NCBI RefSeq assembly: GCF_001194135.2
Contig: NC_069007.1
Coordinates: forward strand, 10,181,869-10,224,392
Reading direction: 5' to 3'
DNA: 42,524 nucleotides
Origin: Octopus bimaculoides
Lineage: Eukaryota
Numbering within the stretch: the stretch's first letter is position 1; each line of letters starts with the position of its first letter. The notes under the pieces are model-generated. The model worked only from the letters and a program-made list of their open reading frames with translations, was not told the origin of the DNA and made no database searches. The translations under genes were made by a program, and so were the position numbers. Below, piece by piece: positions 1-10,213 of this stretch.

Positions 1-11
1 TATACATATAT

Positions 12-176
12 ACGACGGGCTTCTTCCAGTTTCCGTCTACCAAATCCACTCACAAGGCTTTGGTCAGCCTGAGGCCATAGTAGAAGACACTTGCCCAAGG
101 TGCCACGCAGTGGGACTGAACCAGGGACCATGTGGTTGGTAAGCAAGCTACTTATCACACAGCCACTCCTGTGCCT
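12..176 (-). mobile_element. SINE family A (tRNA-derived head + CORE-like segment), head half
   Basis: Minus strand reads tRNA-like head, then GCACCTTGGGCAAGTGTCTTCT (similar to the MIR/CORE motif). Near-identical to 17650-17793, 19891-20056 and 29317-29452. Confidence 0.85.
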
Positions 177-645
177 ATGTTGTTAAGGATCTACAGACAT
201 TAGGTCCTACAGAGGGGATGACAGGGGACCAAGACTATTGGTGGGTTTGCTGTGCTTGAGAAGACATGTCAAGCTAAATAAATGCGTGGTTGTTCTTGCG
301 TAAAGGCTTGTTCCTTGCATCCCATTCCTGCTGAGCATTCTGTCTTACCTCTATGGAGACCGTCAGAGGAATAAAAGATAACTCAATACTGCATGAGCAC
401 ACATAAATGACCTATCTCCAGCATGCTTGAAGTGCCGATACCTTCAAAAAACTACCAAAAACTCCAGATAAATATGCACATGGCTGAAAGCATGCTAGTG
501 AAAGAATATTAAAAAGACCTCACATTAATTTAATATATATATATATATACATATATATACGCATACATACATACATATATATATATACACACACACACAT
601 ATATATATGCATACATACATACATGCATATATATATATATATATA

Positions 646-860
646 TAACAAATGATAAATGAGTATATGCATAAATACGTATAGGTATGTGCATACCTAC
701 GTCTACCTGTATATATAGGTGCATATCTGGGTACAGGACATTGCAAACAAAACGTAGACAAGAAAATAATAATAACCAGAGTACAGAAAACACACAAGCC
801 ACATAGAGAACATTTTCCTTCATCAGCTACCCCCATTTTAACACTGGCGTTTCGAAGAGT
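646..860 (-). repeat. Dispersed repeat, possibly a Penelope terminal-repeat segment
   Basis: The same sequence (GGGTACAGGACATTGCAAACAAAACGTAGAC...CATCAGCTACCCC...GTTTCGAAGAG) recurs at 23574-23745 and partly at 24650-24780. It lies 3' of the Penelope remnant on the same strand. Confidence 0.6.
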
Positions 861-1529
861 ACATACATACTCTTTAACTTGTTTTAGCCATGCGGCCATG
901 GTCATGCTGGAGCACCACCATGGTCTTTCTGACTTCCTCAGTCAGAGTGTTTCACACCATCACTCCTGTATGTGCCTTTGTCCCAGCTGTTGGTACATTT
1001 GGTGCATAAGGGAGTTTGACTTCACTGCCCTCGTCTGTACCTTCAAAACAAGTACCACTAAGAAACTATAAATATCATGTAGGGAGTAACAATAATAACT
1101 TCTTAAACCTATAATATTACCCTTAGTTTATATAAAGAAAGATTAGTATAAAATATGAATGTCCCATAACTTAAATATTCCTTTAGTCGATACAAGACAT
1201 CAGTCGTTTATTGATATTAGCTAAATAAGTAAATATATAATTTTTAGTCTAATATATTTTGAATTATAATACTTTGTCTAAAAATCTTCTCTATTGGTGT
1301 TAATAAGCTATATACACTTTACCATAGTATTAGTAATTAAGCTATTTTATTTCCTCTTCTATGGTGTTCTGCCCTACTTGATTATTTTATTTTATTTCTT
1401 TATTATTTTATAATTAGCCTTTATTTATTTATAAAATTAATCTAATTTTTGTATCTCAATAAATTCATAATTAGCTTATATATAACTATACTGGTATATT
1501 CACTACTTATTAAAAAACTGCTTAGATTA

Positions 1530-2165
1530 TAATTTTATCAGCGAAAGACTTTTTGTGTTGGAAAATGCTACTCTAAGTCTATGAGAATTTATAATCGAAT
1601 AATATCTAGAATTTTTTGGAAAGTTCTTACTAACCGCTTCACAGAACTGTAAAGGAAGATTAGATTTAATTTGTCTTCCATACAGAATAACAAACCAAAT
1701 AGTTTTGCTGGCACCAGTCAAATTGTAAGTGGAACTATCTCTAAAGAACATCGTATTCTCTTGAGAATGAAAAAAATGGGCTTAAATAACGGTTGTCTCC
1801 CTTATACTGTAAAACGACCTTACTCTGTTTTGTGTTTGTGTCTATATCAAAATTAAATTCACTCTTCTTATTACAACTAGATTTCATGTCGCGATTAGTA
1901 GATGTAAGGTAACTTTTTCTTTATACCTAAGGCAGAGTTATAAAATTCAGCCTTGTCGTTAAAAATGTCAACATTGGCGGATAGTTTAGACAATCTAACT
2001 GAAATATTTTTAACTAAATTCTTAGTAATTGCTCTAGCGTGATTACTGGATGGGCTAATTTACTTGAGATTGGTGGATGGTTTGTGGTATGGGAAGTACG
2101 AGTTATCGTGCAAATAAAGTGTAATATCTAAGAAGTTGGCTTTAGTTACATCGTCTTCAGGTTTC
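1530..2165 (-). mobile_element. Penelope-like element remnant (RT C-terminal/thumb region), decayed
   Basis: Hand translation gives NFLDITLYLHDNSYFPYHKP..SNH, VRLSKLSANVDIFNDKAEFYNSAL and IWF..NFPKNSRYYSIINSHRLRVAFS. These match the Penelope RT motif order (NFLD.T, PY.KP, SNHP, IWFNPP, FP...Y..IFN). Contains stops and frameshifts. Confidence 0.75.
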
Positions 2166-2322
2166 GTGTGTCACATAGCTAGCTAGAGGCGATGGCTTCT
2201 TGGAGCTAATTCACGGTAGCTTTCGTCCTAATTTTGGGACTGCCATGTTGGCTTGGCAATAACTATTAATTTCCAGTACCGCTGCCGTAGTCTCCTTTAG
2301 AGAGACTTAGAAATATTAATAA

Positions 2323-2356
<34 letters not shown>

Positions 2357-2885
2357 CAGTTTCAGCTCAAAGCTGTGGCCATGCTGGGGCACTGGCGTTT
2401 TGCTACACTGTTATTATTGAGAGCCTCCTCTAATTTGTCGCATTTGGTGAATAAGGGACATTGATTCCACTACCCTCATTTGCACCTCTTGCCATTAGGT
2501 AGGTTCATCTGGGACTCCAGTTTTGATTTGAAAACACCTGCATCCACTTTGTGTAGGTCCCTCAGGTTCTTTGGGAGAATATTAAAAAGCTGTGGGCCCC
2601 TGAAACCCAAACTGTTGCAGTAACTGGCCCTGAAGTGTGATGGCATTGCTGGGATCTTTGGCACTGTGCAGTGGCAACCCACTCTGGCATTTGTGTAACT
2701 TTCCATGCCAAACTTTGGTGCAATCCCTTTCAGGATCTTCCAGATGTATGTTACTGCATTTCTCTACCATCTTCGCTCCAGGGAAGAGTCTTAGCTCTTT
2801 CAGCCTATCGCAGTAGCTGAGCTGTTGCAATGAGACAGTGTTCTTTGTGAAGCTTCACTGGATTGCTTCAAGGTCCACTGGTCTA
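2357..2885 (-). mobile_element. 5'-truncated CR1/L2-group LINE, 3' end
   Basis: ORF fragments LEAIQ.SFTK..QLSYCDRLKELRLF and NSLGFRGPQLFNILPKNLRD..FKSKL are typical of the CR1/L2 ORF2 C-terminus. They are followed by a 3' tail hairpin and (TA)/(GA) repeats. Confidence 0.8.
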
Positions 2886-3081
2886 TTGACTGAAACAACT
2901 AAAAGATAAAAGAAGTGGTTTATAAGTCCAGCTGGTTATTATTTTTTTTTTTTTGTTTACAGAAAAACAAAGGAGATTATTGTGAAATGCTTCATGGTTC
3001 ATTGACTTCTTGCCAGAGAAGAAATGTTCATTGGTCTTCTTGAGCAGAAGAACAGCAGTACATTGTGGGTCTATGCATATA

Positions 3082-3410
3082 CAGGTTGTCCACAAAGTCT
3101 GGGTACATGGGGATTAGTAGTAGTTGGCTGCGTCTCGTGTTTCCGAGCTTGCAATCCAGTTCGTTTTCCTGGGTGTTTGAATCGCAGATGGCTCTGCAAT
3201 CCAAGGGTTTCATGAAACATACGGGGACATTGTGGACAAGGGATAGAAGGGGTTGGTTTGGGATGGAGAAGGCGCTGCTTTCTCTCCCGTCTCTTGAGTT
3301 CAGCTCCTGCGACTCATAACACATACTTTAAGAAATTATTATTTCTTATATTTAATTGTTTATGTTATGATTTTATTTACTCCATGTACTCAGACTTTGT
3401 GGACACCCTG
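3082..3410. mobile_element. Tc1/mariner-type MITE
   Basis: 29-bp TIRs (3082-3110 and 3382-3410, 27/29 match, CAGGGTGTCCACAAAGTCT...) flanked by TA on both sides; no transposase. Confidence 0.85.
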
Positions 3411-3577
3411 TATGTGTGTGTGTGTGTGTGTGTAGTAATAGTAGTAGTAGCATTAGTAGCACTTTCCCATATGTAAGAGCAGTGCTGCAATCTAAATCTA
3501 AGGTGATTGTGCATAGTAACAACAACACTGATCGCCCAAAACTGTGACCATCCTGTATTTTTATGTGCATTTTTCAG

Positions 3578-3617
3578 CAGGACAACAAACACAACTTATC
3601 CTTCCTCTTTTGGCATG
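3578..3617 (+). CDS. Candidate internal exon of unknown gene (GQQTQLILPLLA)
   Basis: Pyrimidine-rich TTTTCAG/CAG acceptor and G|GTAGGG donor. The phase 1->2 reading joins 4010 in frame (TG+G = Trp). Confidence 0.45.
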
Positions 3618-4009
3618 GTAGGGATGATTTGTGGCTGATTTCTTCCAGGCCAAGTGAGCACTTAGAAGTTCTCTCTTAGCTTATTGATTGATATTGTTTA
3701 ACTCCCAGGTCAGCTCTGATCTAGGAGACCTATGGGCAAAAGCCTTTCGGCCATGACCATCCCATCCTTTCACCGTGTACAATCAATGCAAATGCACATT
3801 TGTACAATACAAGATTTATCTTCCAAACACTAAAGGATTTCATGAATTACCCTGAGGAAAAAGATAAAATAGTATAGTTTGAGGAGATGGAGTCACCGAC
3901 ATTCAGTCATGTAATATTTGGTATCCGATTCTATATTATGTCTCAAATTGGTGATTAGTAATGTCTAATTATCTTGCCTGTTTTATCCTGTATATTTTCT
4001 GCTCTGTAG

Positions 4010-4152
4010 GGCGACTATAGTGAAATCATACGAGCAGTTTTGGACAAACATTCATTCAGACATCATCAATTTGAAGGAAGATAAGTCACCAGATTCAACT
4101 TTAATTCCAGCGAAAGGAACAGATACAGGTACAGGTACAGGTACAGGTACAG
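4010..4152 (+). CDS. Internal coding exon of unknown gene (ATIVKSYEQFWTNIHSDIINLKEDKSPDSTLIPAKGTDTGTGTGTGT)
   Basis: TTTTCTGCTCTGTAG acceptor, consensus CAG|GTGAGT donor, open frame. The phase-1 end matches the phase-1 start of 5093. Confidence 0.75.
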
Positions 4153-4304
4153 GTGAGTATTCAAACTACTGGCCTCACAATCAATAACGAAGTTTCTATA
4201 AGGTGTTAGAGTATGTGAGTATAAGCTTTAATTTATACGAAGTTGGTTCTGAAATTTAGGACAATGAAATCAACTAAAATATGAAATTTCATTTGGGCAC
4301 AGGC

Positions 4305-4850
4305 AAGGCTGTGTGGAGGTGCAGGTGTGATTATGTGGTAAGAAGTTTGCTTCCCAACCACATGGTTTCAGGTTCACTCCCACAGTGTGGAACCTTGGGT
4401 AAGTGTCTTCTACTATGAGGAGACCCCCTTCGGTCATGAATGACCATGGGATTGCACCTACTAGAAAGTTACCCTCTCAGGCACAAGTCCGTGCAAGGTT
4501 GTTTATGGAAGACCAGCAGTCACCCTTGCATACCAGCCTCCCTTGTCCAGGCTACTGATGTTATCCAAAGGAAAGGCAAAGGCTGATGCAGCTTGGCACC
4601 TGTGACGTCACAACTCATTTCTACAGCTGAGTGAACTGGAGCAACGTGAAATAAAGTGTCTTGCTCAAGAACACAACACACAGCCTGGTCCAGGAATCGA
4701 ACTCATAACTTCACAATCGTCAGCTCGACACTCTAACCACTGAGCCATGCGCCTATTACTATAGCCTCAGGCCAACCAAAGCCTTATGAGTAGATTTAGC
4801 AGAGGCAGAAACTGATAAAAGCCCACTGTGTGTCTGTGTTTGTGTCTGTG
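4305..4850 (+). mobile_element. SINE family A copy interrupted by a SINE B insertion
   Basis: Head and CORE-like part run to 4416. The consensus resumes at 4757 (TACTATAGCCTCAGGCCAACCAAAGCC). Confidence 0.8.
4417..4756 (-). mobile_element. SINE family B (tRNA-derived), nested insertion
   Basis: A box TGGCTCAGTGG and B box GTTCGATTC on the minus strand. Homologous to 20086-20418 and 41476-41804. TACTAT is duplicated at 4411-4416 and 4757-4762. Confidence 0.85.
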
Positions 4851-5092
4851 CCTAGATCAAAAATCAGTCCTCACATATATGCCATGGAAACGGGGAAACC
4901 GGCCCCATAAGTCTATGAGTCAAGAAGGAACTTTTTTTAAATTCTAAACTGGTGCACTGTCTTCAAATGTTTAGTTGAATACTTATTTCAATCAGGTACA
5001 TATTTTATTGATCCCTATTTGTCAAACCACTAATGAAATAATATACAATCTGTCGAGTTAATTGAATTTATTTTTTGTCCTATATTCTTCAG

Positions 5093-5519
5093 GTGGGACT
5101 CCTCATGATTCAAACCATGATCAACATCAGCAGGAGAAGAAACCAACATCGAAATTTGTTGGGAAGAAAACTCATCTGCATTCAACATCAGTACCTGAAA
5201 AGGAACACAGAACAGGTGATAAGGTGGGAGATGACCAACCACCATCTTCATCTGCCACCCAACCGCCATTTCAACAACTTCCACCCGTTTTGAGGCCACA
5301 GCAGAAACAACAATGGGAACAAAGGCAATGGCCTCAGAATTTCCCTCCCATCTCTCATCTACCTCAACAACATCCCAGCCACCTCCACTACCACCACCAA
5401 CAACAACAACCACCAAATATGTGGATTGAACCAAGGTGGCCTGTTAGAACAAGTCATGGTTTCCCATCATCTGGTTTCTCTCAGAATTCCAGGCTAAATG
5501 GCCAAATGCCAGGAAACAG
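5093..5519 (+). CDS. Internal coding exon, Q/P/H-rich low-complexity region of unknown protein
   Basis: TTTTTTGTCCTATATTCTTCAG acceptor and a 427-bp open frame. The ORF-track stop TGA (5521) lies inside a CAG|GTGAGA donor. Phase 1->2. Confidence 0.75.
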
Positions 5520-5829
5520 GTGAGATTCAAATTATAATCTCTGATATTGTTCTCTTCATCATGATGTGTGTTCAAATGTTACATCTTCGAAATAATATAA
5601 CCTCATGGTGACCTTGTTTTTTTAATAATGAGACAAGCAAACCACAAGGGAGATGAATGAGGTAACAAATGTTAGCTAGGAAGAAATGGCACTGGTTGGA
5701 GAGAACAAGAAATTAAATGACATATACTAGAGAATAGCCATAAAGTCATGAACCATCCTGCAATATGTGAAATTCCTAACATTCTCTTTCTTTTATCTCT
5801 TTTTACAACTGCCTATATCACTCACAAAC

Positions 5830-6639
5830 CAATCCTCATTGGATGGAGGGAGATAATCAACAAGGTGGGGGCAAGGTAACGGTGTGGTGTGGGATTTGGC
5901 ACAATCAAGTAATCGGACCATTTTATTTTGAGGGCTCTGTGACAGGTGATTCATACCTGGACATGCTTGGCAGCAAAATAATGCCTCACATGCTTTCTCT
6001 TGGAAGGGAAAACCCTGTCTGGTTTCAGCAGAATGGGGCTCAACCCCATTATGCATTAGAGGTTCAGGATTTTCTGAATGAACANNNNNNNNNNNNNNNN
6101 NNNNNNNNNNNNNNNNNNNNNNNNNNNNNNNNNNNNNNNNNNNNNNNNNNNNNNNNNNNNNNNNNNNNNNNNNNNNNNNNNNNNNNNNNNNNNNNNNNNN
6201 NNNNNNNNNNNNNNNNNNNNNNNNNNNNNNNNNNNNNNNNNNNNNNNNNNNNNNNNNNNNNNNNNNNNNNNNNNNNNNNNNNNNNNNNNNNNNNNNNNNN
6301 NNNNNNNNNNNNNNNNNNNNNNNNNNNNNNNNNNNNNNNNNNNNNNNNNNNNNNNNNNNNNNNNNNNNNNNNNNNNNNNNNNNNNNNNNNNNNNNNNNNN
6401 NNNNNNNNNNNNNNNNNNNNNNNNNNNNNNNNNNNNNNNNNNNNNNNNNNNNNNNNNNNNNNNNNNNNNNNNNNNNNNNNNNNNNNNNNNNNNNNNNNNN
6501 NNNNNNNNNNNNNNNNCGTATGAACACTTGTTTAGAGCTACATGGCCAATACTTTGAACATTTGTAATGGATTGCCTACTTCATTGCTAATAAAGCATAC
6601 TTGATATCTCCTATGGTGTGTGACTTTGTGGCCACCCTG
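5830..6639 (+). mobile_element. Mariner-superfamily transposase remnant (DD37D/DD41D-like), spans a gap
   Basis: KVTVWCGI..IGPFYF..VTG.SYL.ML and WFQQNGAQPHYA motifs. C-terminal CLELHGQYFEHL* follows the gap. Right TIR GACTTTGTGGCCACCCTG followed by TA. Confidence 0.8.
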
Positions 6640-6730
6640 TAGAATATTTCTAACTTTTGGGCTGGTCTTCAAATACTTTTTGCTAAATTTACCTCTGCTG
6701 AGTCACATTCAATATTTATTATATTATCAT

Positions 6731-7075
6731 GGCAGCAAACTGGCAGAATCATTAACACATTGGGAGAAATGCTTAGTGGAATTTTGTTCCTGCTTATGTT
6801 CTGGGTTCAAATTCCATCAAGGTCAATTTTGCCTTCCATCCTTTTGGGGTCAATAAAATAAGTACCAGTTGAGTACTGGGGTCGATGTAATTGACTTGTG
6901 CTCTCCACCAAAGTTACTGGCCTTGTGCCAAAATTTGAAAACTATTTATATTGTTAAGGTGGCAAGCTGGTTGAATTTTAGCAGCATTTCGTTCATGATT
7001 ACATTCTGCATTCAAATTCCACCAAGGTTGACTTTGCCTTTCATCCTTTCTGGATTAATAAAATAAATACCAGCT
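6731..7075 (+). mobile_element. Two adjacent SINE family E copies
   Basis: Each has a tRNA-like head (CTGGCAGAATC...GGGTTCAAATTCC) plus TTTGCCTTTCATCCTTT..GGGGTCAATAAAATAAGTACCAG. Homologous to 34004-34222 and 34722-34845. Confidence 0.7.
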
Positions 7076-7174
7076 GAATTCTAGGGTTGATGATAAATCT
7101 AAAAAATAAATACCAGCTGAATTCTAGGGTTGATGATAAATCTAAAAAATAAATACCAGCTGAATTCTAGGGTT
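7060..7174. repeat. 43-bp tandem repeat, about 2.6 identical copies, derived from a SINE tail
   Basis: TACCAGCTG occurs at 7068, 7111 and 7154 (period 43). Confidence 0.9.
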
Positions 7175-7223
7175 GGCTGGCTCCAAGTTGTATAGATGTT
7201 TAACACCAGTGGCAGGGTAGACA

Positions 7224-7458
7224 AATGTTTAGTGTGGAGGTAGGATAGATAGATGTTTGGTGTAAGGGTAGAATAGATAAGTGTTTAGGGTGGAGGTATG
7301 GTAAATAAGTGTGTAGTGTTGGGTGTAGGGTAGGTAACAGTTTAGAATGGGGTGTAAAATAGATATTTGTTTCATGTGGAACTGAGGTAGATAGGTGTTT
7401 AGTGGAGATGGTATGGTCAATAAGTGTTTACTGGGGGAGGGAGTAGGTGAGTGTTTAG
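7224..7458. repeat. Degenerate ~28-bp G/T-rich minisatellite
   Basis: Units resemble RTGTTTAGGGTGGAGGTATGGTAAATAA and start near 7224, 7252 and 7280, with further decayed copies. Confidence 0.6.
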
Positions 7459-7925
7459 CTTCGGGTACACACCAAACATTCATCTACCCTACCACCCAAG
7501 CTAAATATGATGCCAACATGTAAATATCTACATGTTGTCATCTATTACATGATGACAACATGTAAATTGGTCACTAAACTTGCTAAAGACAGCAGTCTTA
7601 TCCTATATTGGATAAGATAGTCTGGAACATGCTGTTCATGAAAACAAGATTATCATGACTAGAGCACCTTTGGTCACAACAGGTCTGCTCAGAAAATGCT
7701 GATCTGGTTTTAAAAAAAACAGTTTTCTATAACAACATCAACAACAATGAGCCAATGAAAATACCTTTACATGGTCACAACTTGCAAGAAATAGCAGCAA
7801 AAATCTCTTGGAAAATTCAAGACTGGAATAGGCCTGCAGAATCAGAGATAACTTAGAGTTAACCACCAAACATTTGTTTAACTGAACCAAACTCATCACT
7901 CCATTTGTATCACTTAATTTCACAG

Positions 7926-8022
7926 GTGGAGCGGTGTCTTTCTGACTTCACCAGCAGATGGCAGCTCTGTCGGCTTTCAGAATAATGATCCAATGGGCAG
8001 TTGGTCCTTCTCTCCTGACAAC
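7926..8022 (+). CDS. Candidate exon (only open frame VERCLLTSPADGSSVGFQNNDPMGSWSFSPDN)
   Basis: TTAATTTCACAG acceptor and strong C|GTAAGT donor. It is open only as phase 0->1, which does not match the neighbouring exons directly. Confidence 0.5.
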
Positions 8023-8189
8023 CGTAAGTCTTTCTTTCTTTCTTTCTTTCTTTTGGGCTTAACTCTTGAAGAACTTATAGGGGTGCTGTTGCGACATAGG
8101 ATGTGTATTGGACGATTTTATAGCCTCAATCTCTCCACTACTGAAAGGGTATATTATTTATTGACCCTGAAAGGACAAAATAATATGTG

Positions 8190-8567
8190 TTGGAACTCCG
8201 TCGCTTACGACGTCGAGGGTTCCAGTTGATCTGATCAATGAAACAGCCTGCTCGTGAAATTAACGTGCAAGTGGCTGAGCACTTCACAGACACGTGTACC
8301 CTTAACATAGTTCTTGGGGATATTCTGCATGACACAGTGTGACAAGGCTGACCCTTTGTATTACAGGCACAACAGAAACAGGAAGAAAGAGTGAGAGAAA
8401 GTTGTGGTGAAAGAGTACAGCAGGGTTCGCCACCATCCCCTGCCGGAGCCTCGTGGAGCTTTAGGTGTTTTCGCTCAATAAACACTCACAACGCCCGATC
8501 TGGGAATCGAAACCGCGATCCTATGACCGCGAGTCCGCTGCCCTAACCACTGGGCCATTGCGCCTCC
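8190..8567 (-). mobile_element. SINE family C, full length, long-head subfamily
   Basis: GGAGGCGCAATGGCCCAGTGG A box and GGTTTCGATTCC B box. AAGGACAAAA is duplicated at 8171 and 8570. Confidence 0.9.
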
Positions 8568-8803
8568 ACAAGGACAAAAATAAAAATAAGCATTACTTAA
8601 TTAAGGTTTGAACCTTGAAAGCTGAGAACTAAGACAAATGCAGCAAAGTGATCTATCCAAAGCTCTAACCACATTTGCCATTTTATCTCTTTGCTTATCC
8701 CTCTCTCTGCTTATCTGCCTGTCTGTTTCCTCTTTTCTTCACTTTTCTGTATTTCTTTCTTTCTATTTTATTCCTTTTTCTCCCTTCTTTTTTCTCTTTT
8801 CAG

Positions 8804-8857
8804 CCAGACAAGTGATTTGGCTGGAGTAATCTCCCTTCCATCTCCACTGATTAACAG
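8804..8857 (+). CDS. Candidate 54-bp symmetric exon (QTSDLAGVISLPSPLIN)
   Basis: Long polypyrimidine tract + CAG and an AG|GTAAGA donor. Phase 2->2 is the only open frame and fits the phase-2 end at 5519. Confidence 0.6.
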
Positions 8858-9013
8858 GTAAGACTTAGAAACACTTCATCAACCACACTTCAACAACAAC
8901 AATAAGAACAAATATATGAGGAGTCCACTGTGTTTTTTTCTTGTACACGGAAAAAAAGATGCAATTGCCACAGCTGAAATGTCTTTCTTTGTGGATTTGT
9001 GACAGGGACAGAA

Positions 9014-9105
9014 TCTATATATATAAAACTAAGAATGTCTGTCTGTATGTATGTGTGTATCAATAAAACTCGAGAACTACCCAACCGATTTCATTCAAAT
9101 TTTGA
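9014..9105 (+). mobile_element. Possible non-autonomous Helitron 5' end
   Basis: A|TCTATATATATAAAA start, GTCTGTCTGT tract and CCGATTTCATTCAAATTTT, resembling Helitron-type repeat 5' ends. No CTAG 3' end found. Confidence 0.4.
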
Positions 9106-9434
9106 GTAGAGTATAATCGTTATCAATTTATTGTGAATTGTATGGGTTTTATCTGCTATAAAGTGGCCATGAAATGCGCGTAGTCAATACTTTACCTTCA
9201 ATTTTATTAATCTACTAAATGTTTAGCCTAGTATTTTATGGATTTTAATGTATTTTATACTTTTCTATTGGATTTTATAGATTTTTAAATTAGTATTTTA
9301 TAGAGTACGTTTTTCTGGATGGTGATTGGTCTCCTTCATTGTGTGAATTGTATATCAGTGGAGGTTTGAGAAGACTTGTCACTGAACCTCAGGATAACAT
9401 CTCTGCTTATTAAACCAACATGTAAAAGCTTTTG

Positions 9435-9470
<36 letters not shown>

Positions 9471-9638
9471 CTCTCAACACATGGCTATGATGCTCCCCCA
9501 CTACTTCTGCTCGTGATCAGAGATGCACATATCGTCAGCCACCTAGGGACATGCTCAACTGGTTAAGGTCAAACAACTAACAAGCAAATCTGTGGTATTG
9601 AGCAGAATATTTGCTGTAGCCCATCTTTTATACCAAGA
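9471..9638 (-). repeat. Unclassified (TAA)n-associated repeat D fragment
   Basis: Closely matches 22313-22460 and abuts (AAT)n at 9437-9470. Confidence 0.75.
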
Positions 9639-10152
9639 CTACAGCAAATATTCTGCTCAATACCACCGATTTGCTTGTCAGTTGTTTGNNNNNNNNNNNN
9701 NNNNNNNNNNNNNNNNNNNNNNNNNNNNNNNNNNNNNNNNNNNNNNNNNNNNNNNNNNNNNNNNNNNNNNNNNNNNNNNNNNNNNNNNNNNNNNNNNNNN
9801 NNNNNNNNNNNNNNNNNNNNNNNNNNNNNNNNNNNNNNNNNNNNNNNNNNNNNNNNNNNNNNNNNNNNNNNNNNNNNNNNNNNNNNNNNNNNNNNNNNNN
9901 NNNNNNNNNNNNNNNNNNNNNNNNNNNNNNNNNNNNNNNNNNNNNNNNNNNNNNNNNNNNNNNNNNNNNNNNNNNNNNNNNNNNNNNNNNNNNNNNNNNN
10001 NNNNNNNNNNNNNNNNNNNNNNNNNNNNNNNNNNNNNNNNNNNNNNNNNNNNNNNNNNNNNNNNNNNNNNNNNNNNNNNNNNNNNNNNNNNNNNNNNNNN
10101 NNNNNNNNNNNNNACCTTCGTTTTATTTGCTATTTTCATTTTAAATTTGCTT

Positions 10153-10213
10153 TAACCCTAACCTAACCCTAACCCTAACCCTAACCCTAGGGTTAGGGTT
10201 AGGGTTAGGGTTA
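10153..10213. repeat. Interstitial telomeric repeats in inverted (CCCTAA)n-(TTAGGG)n arrangement
   Basis: 10164-10213 is a perfect 50-bp palindrome with no spacer, centred on CCCT|AGGG. Confidence 0.95.

Noticed and set aside
2963-3005. Exon starting at the strong acceptor TTTTGTTTACAG (2962)
   Set aside because: All three frames hit stops before any convincing donor.
7060-7174. CRISPR-like array (also 42412-42524 and 36130-36240)
   Set aside because: These are head-to-tail repeats without unique spacers, in a eukaryotic context with no cas genes.
10153-10213. Ancient telomere-telomere fusion scar
   Set aside because: A fusion gives (TTAGGG)n then (CCCTAA)n. The orientation here is the reverse and the tract is very short.
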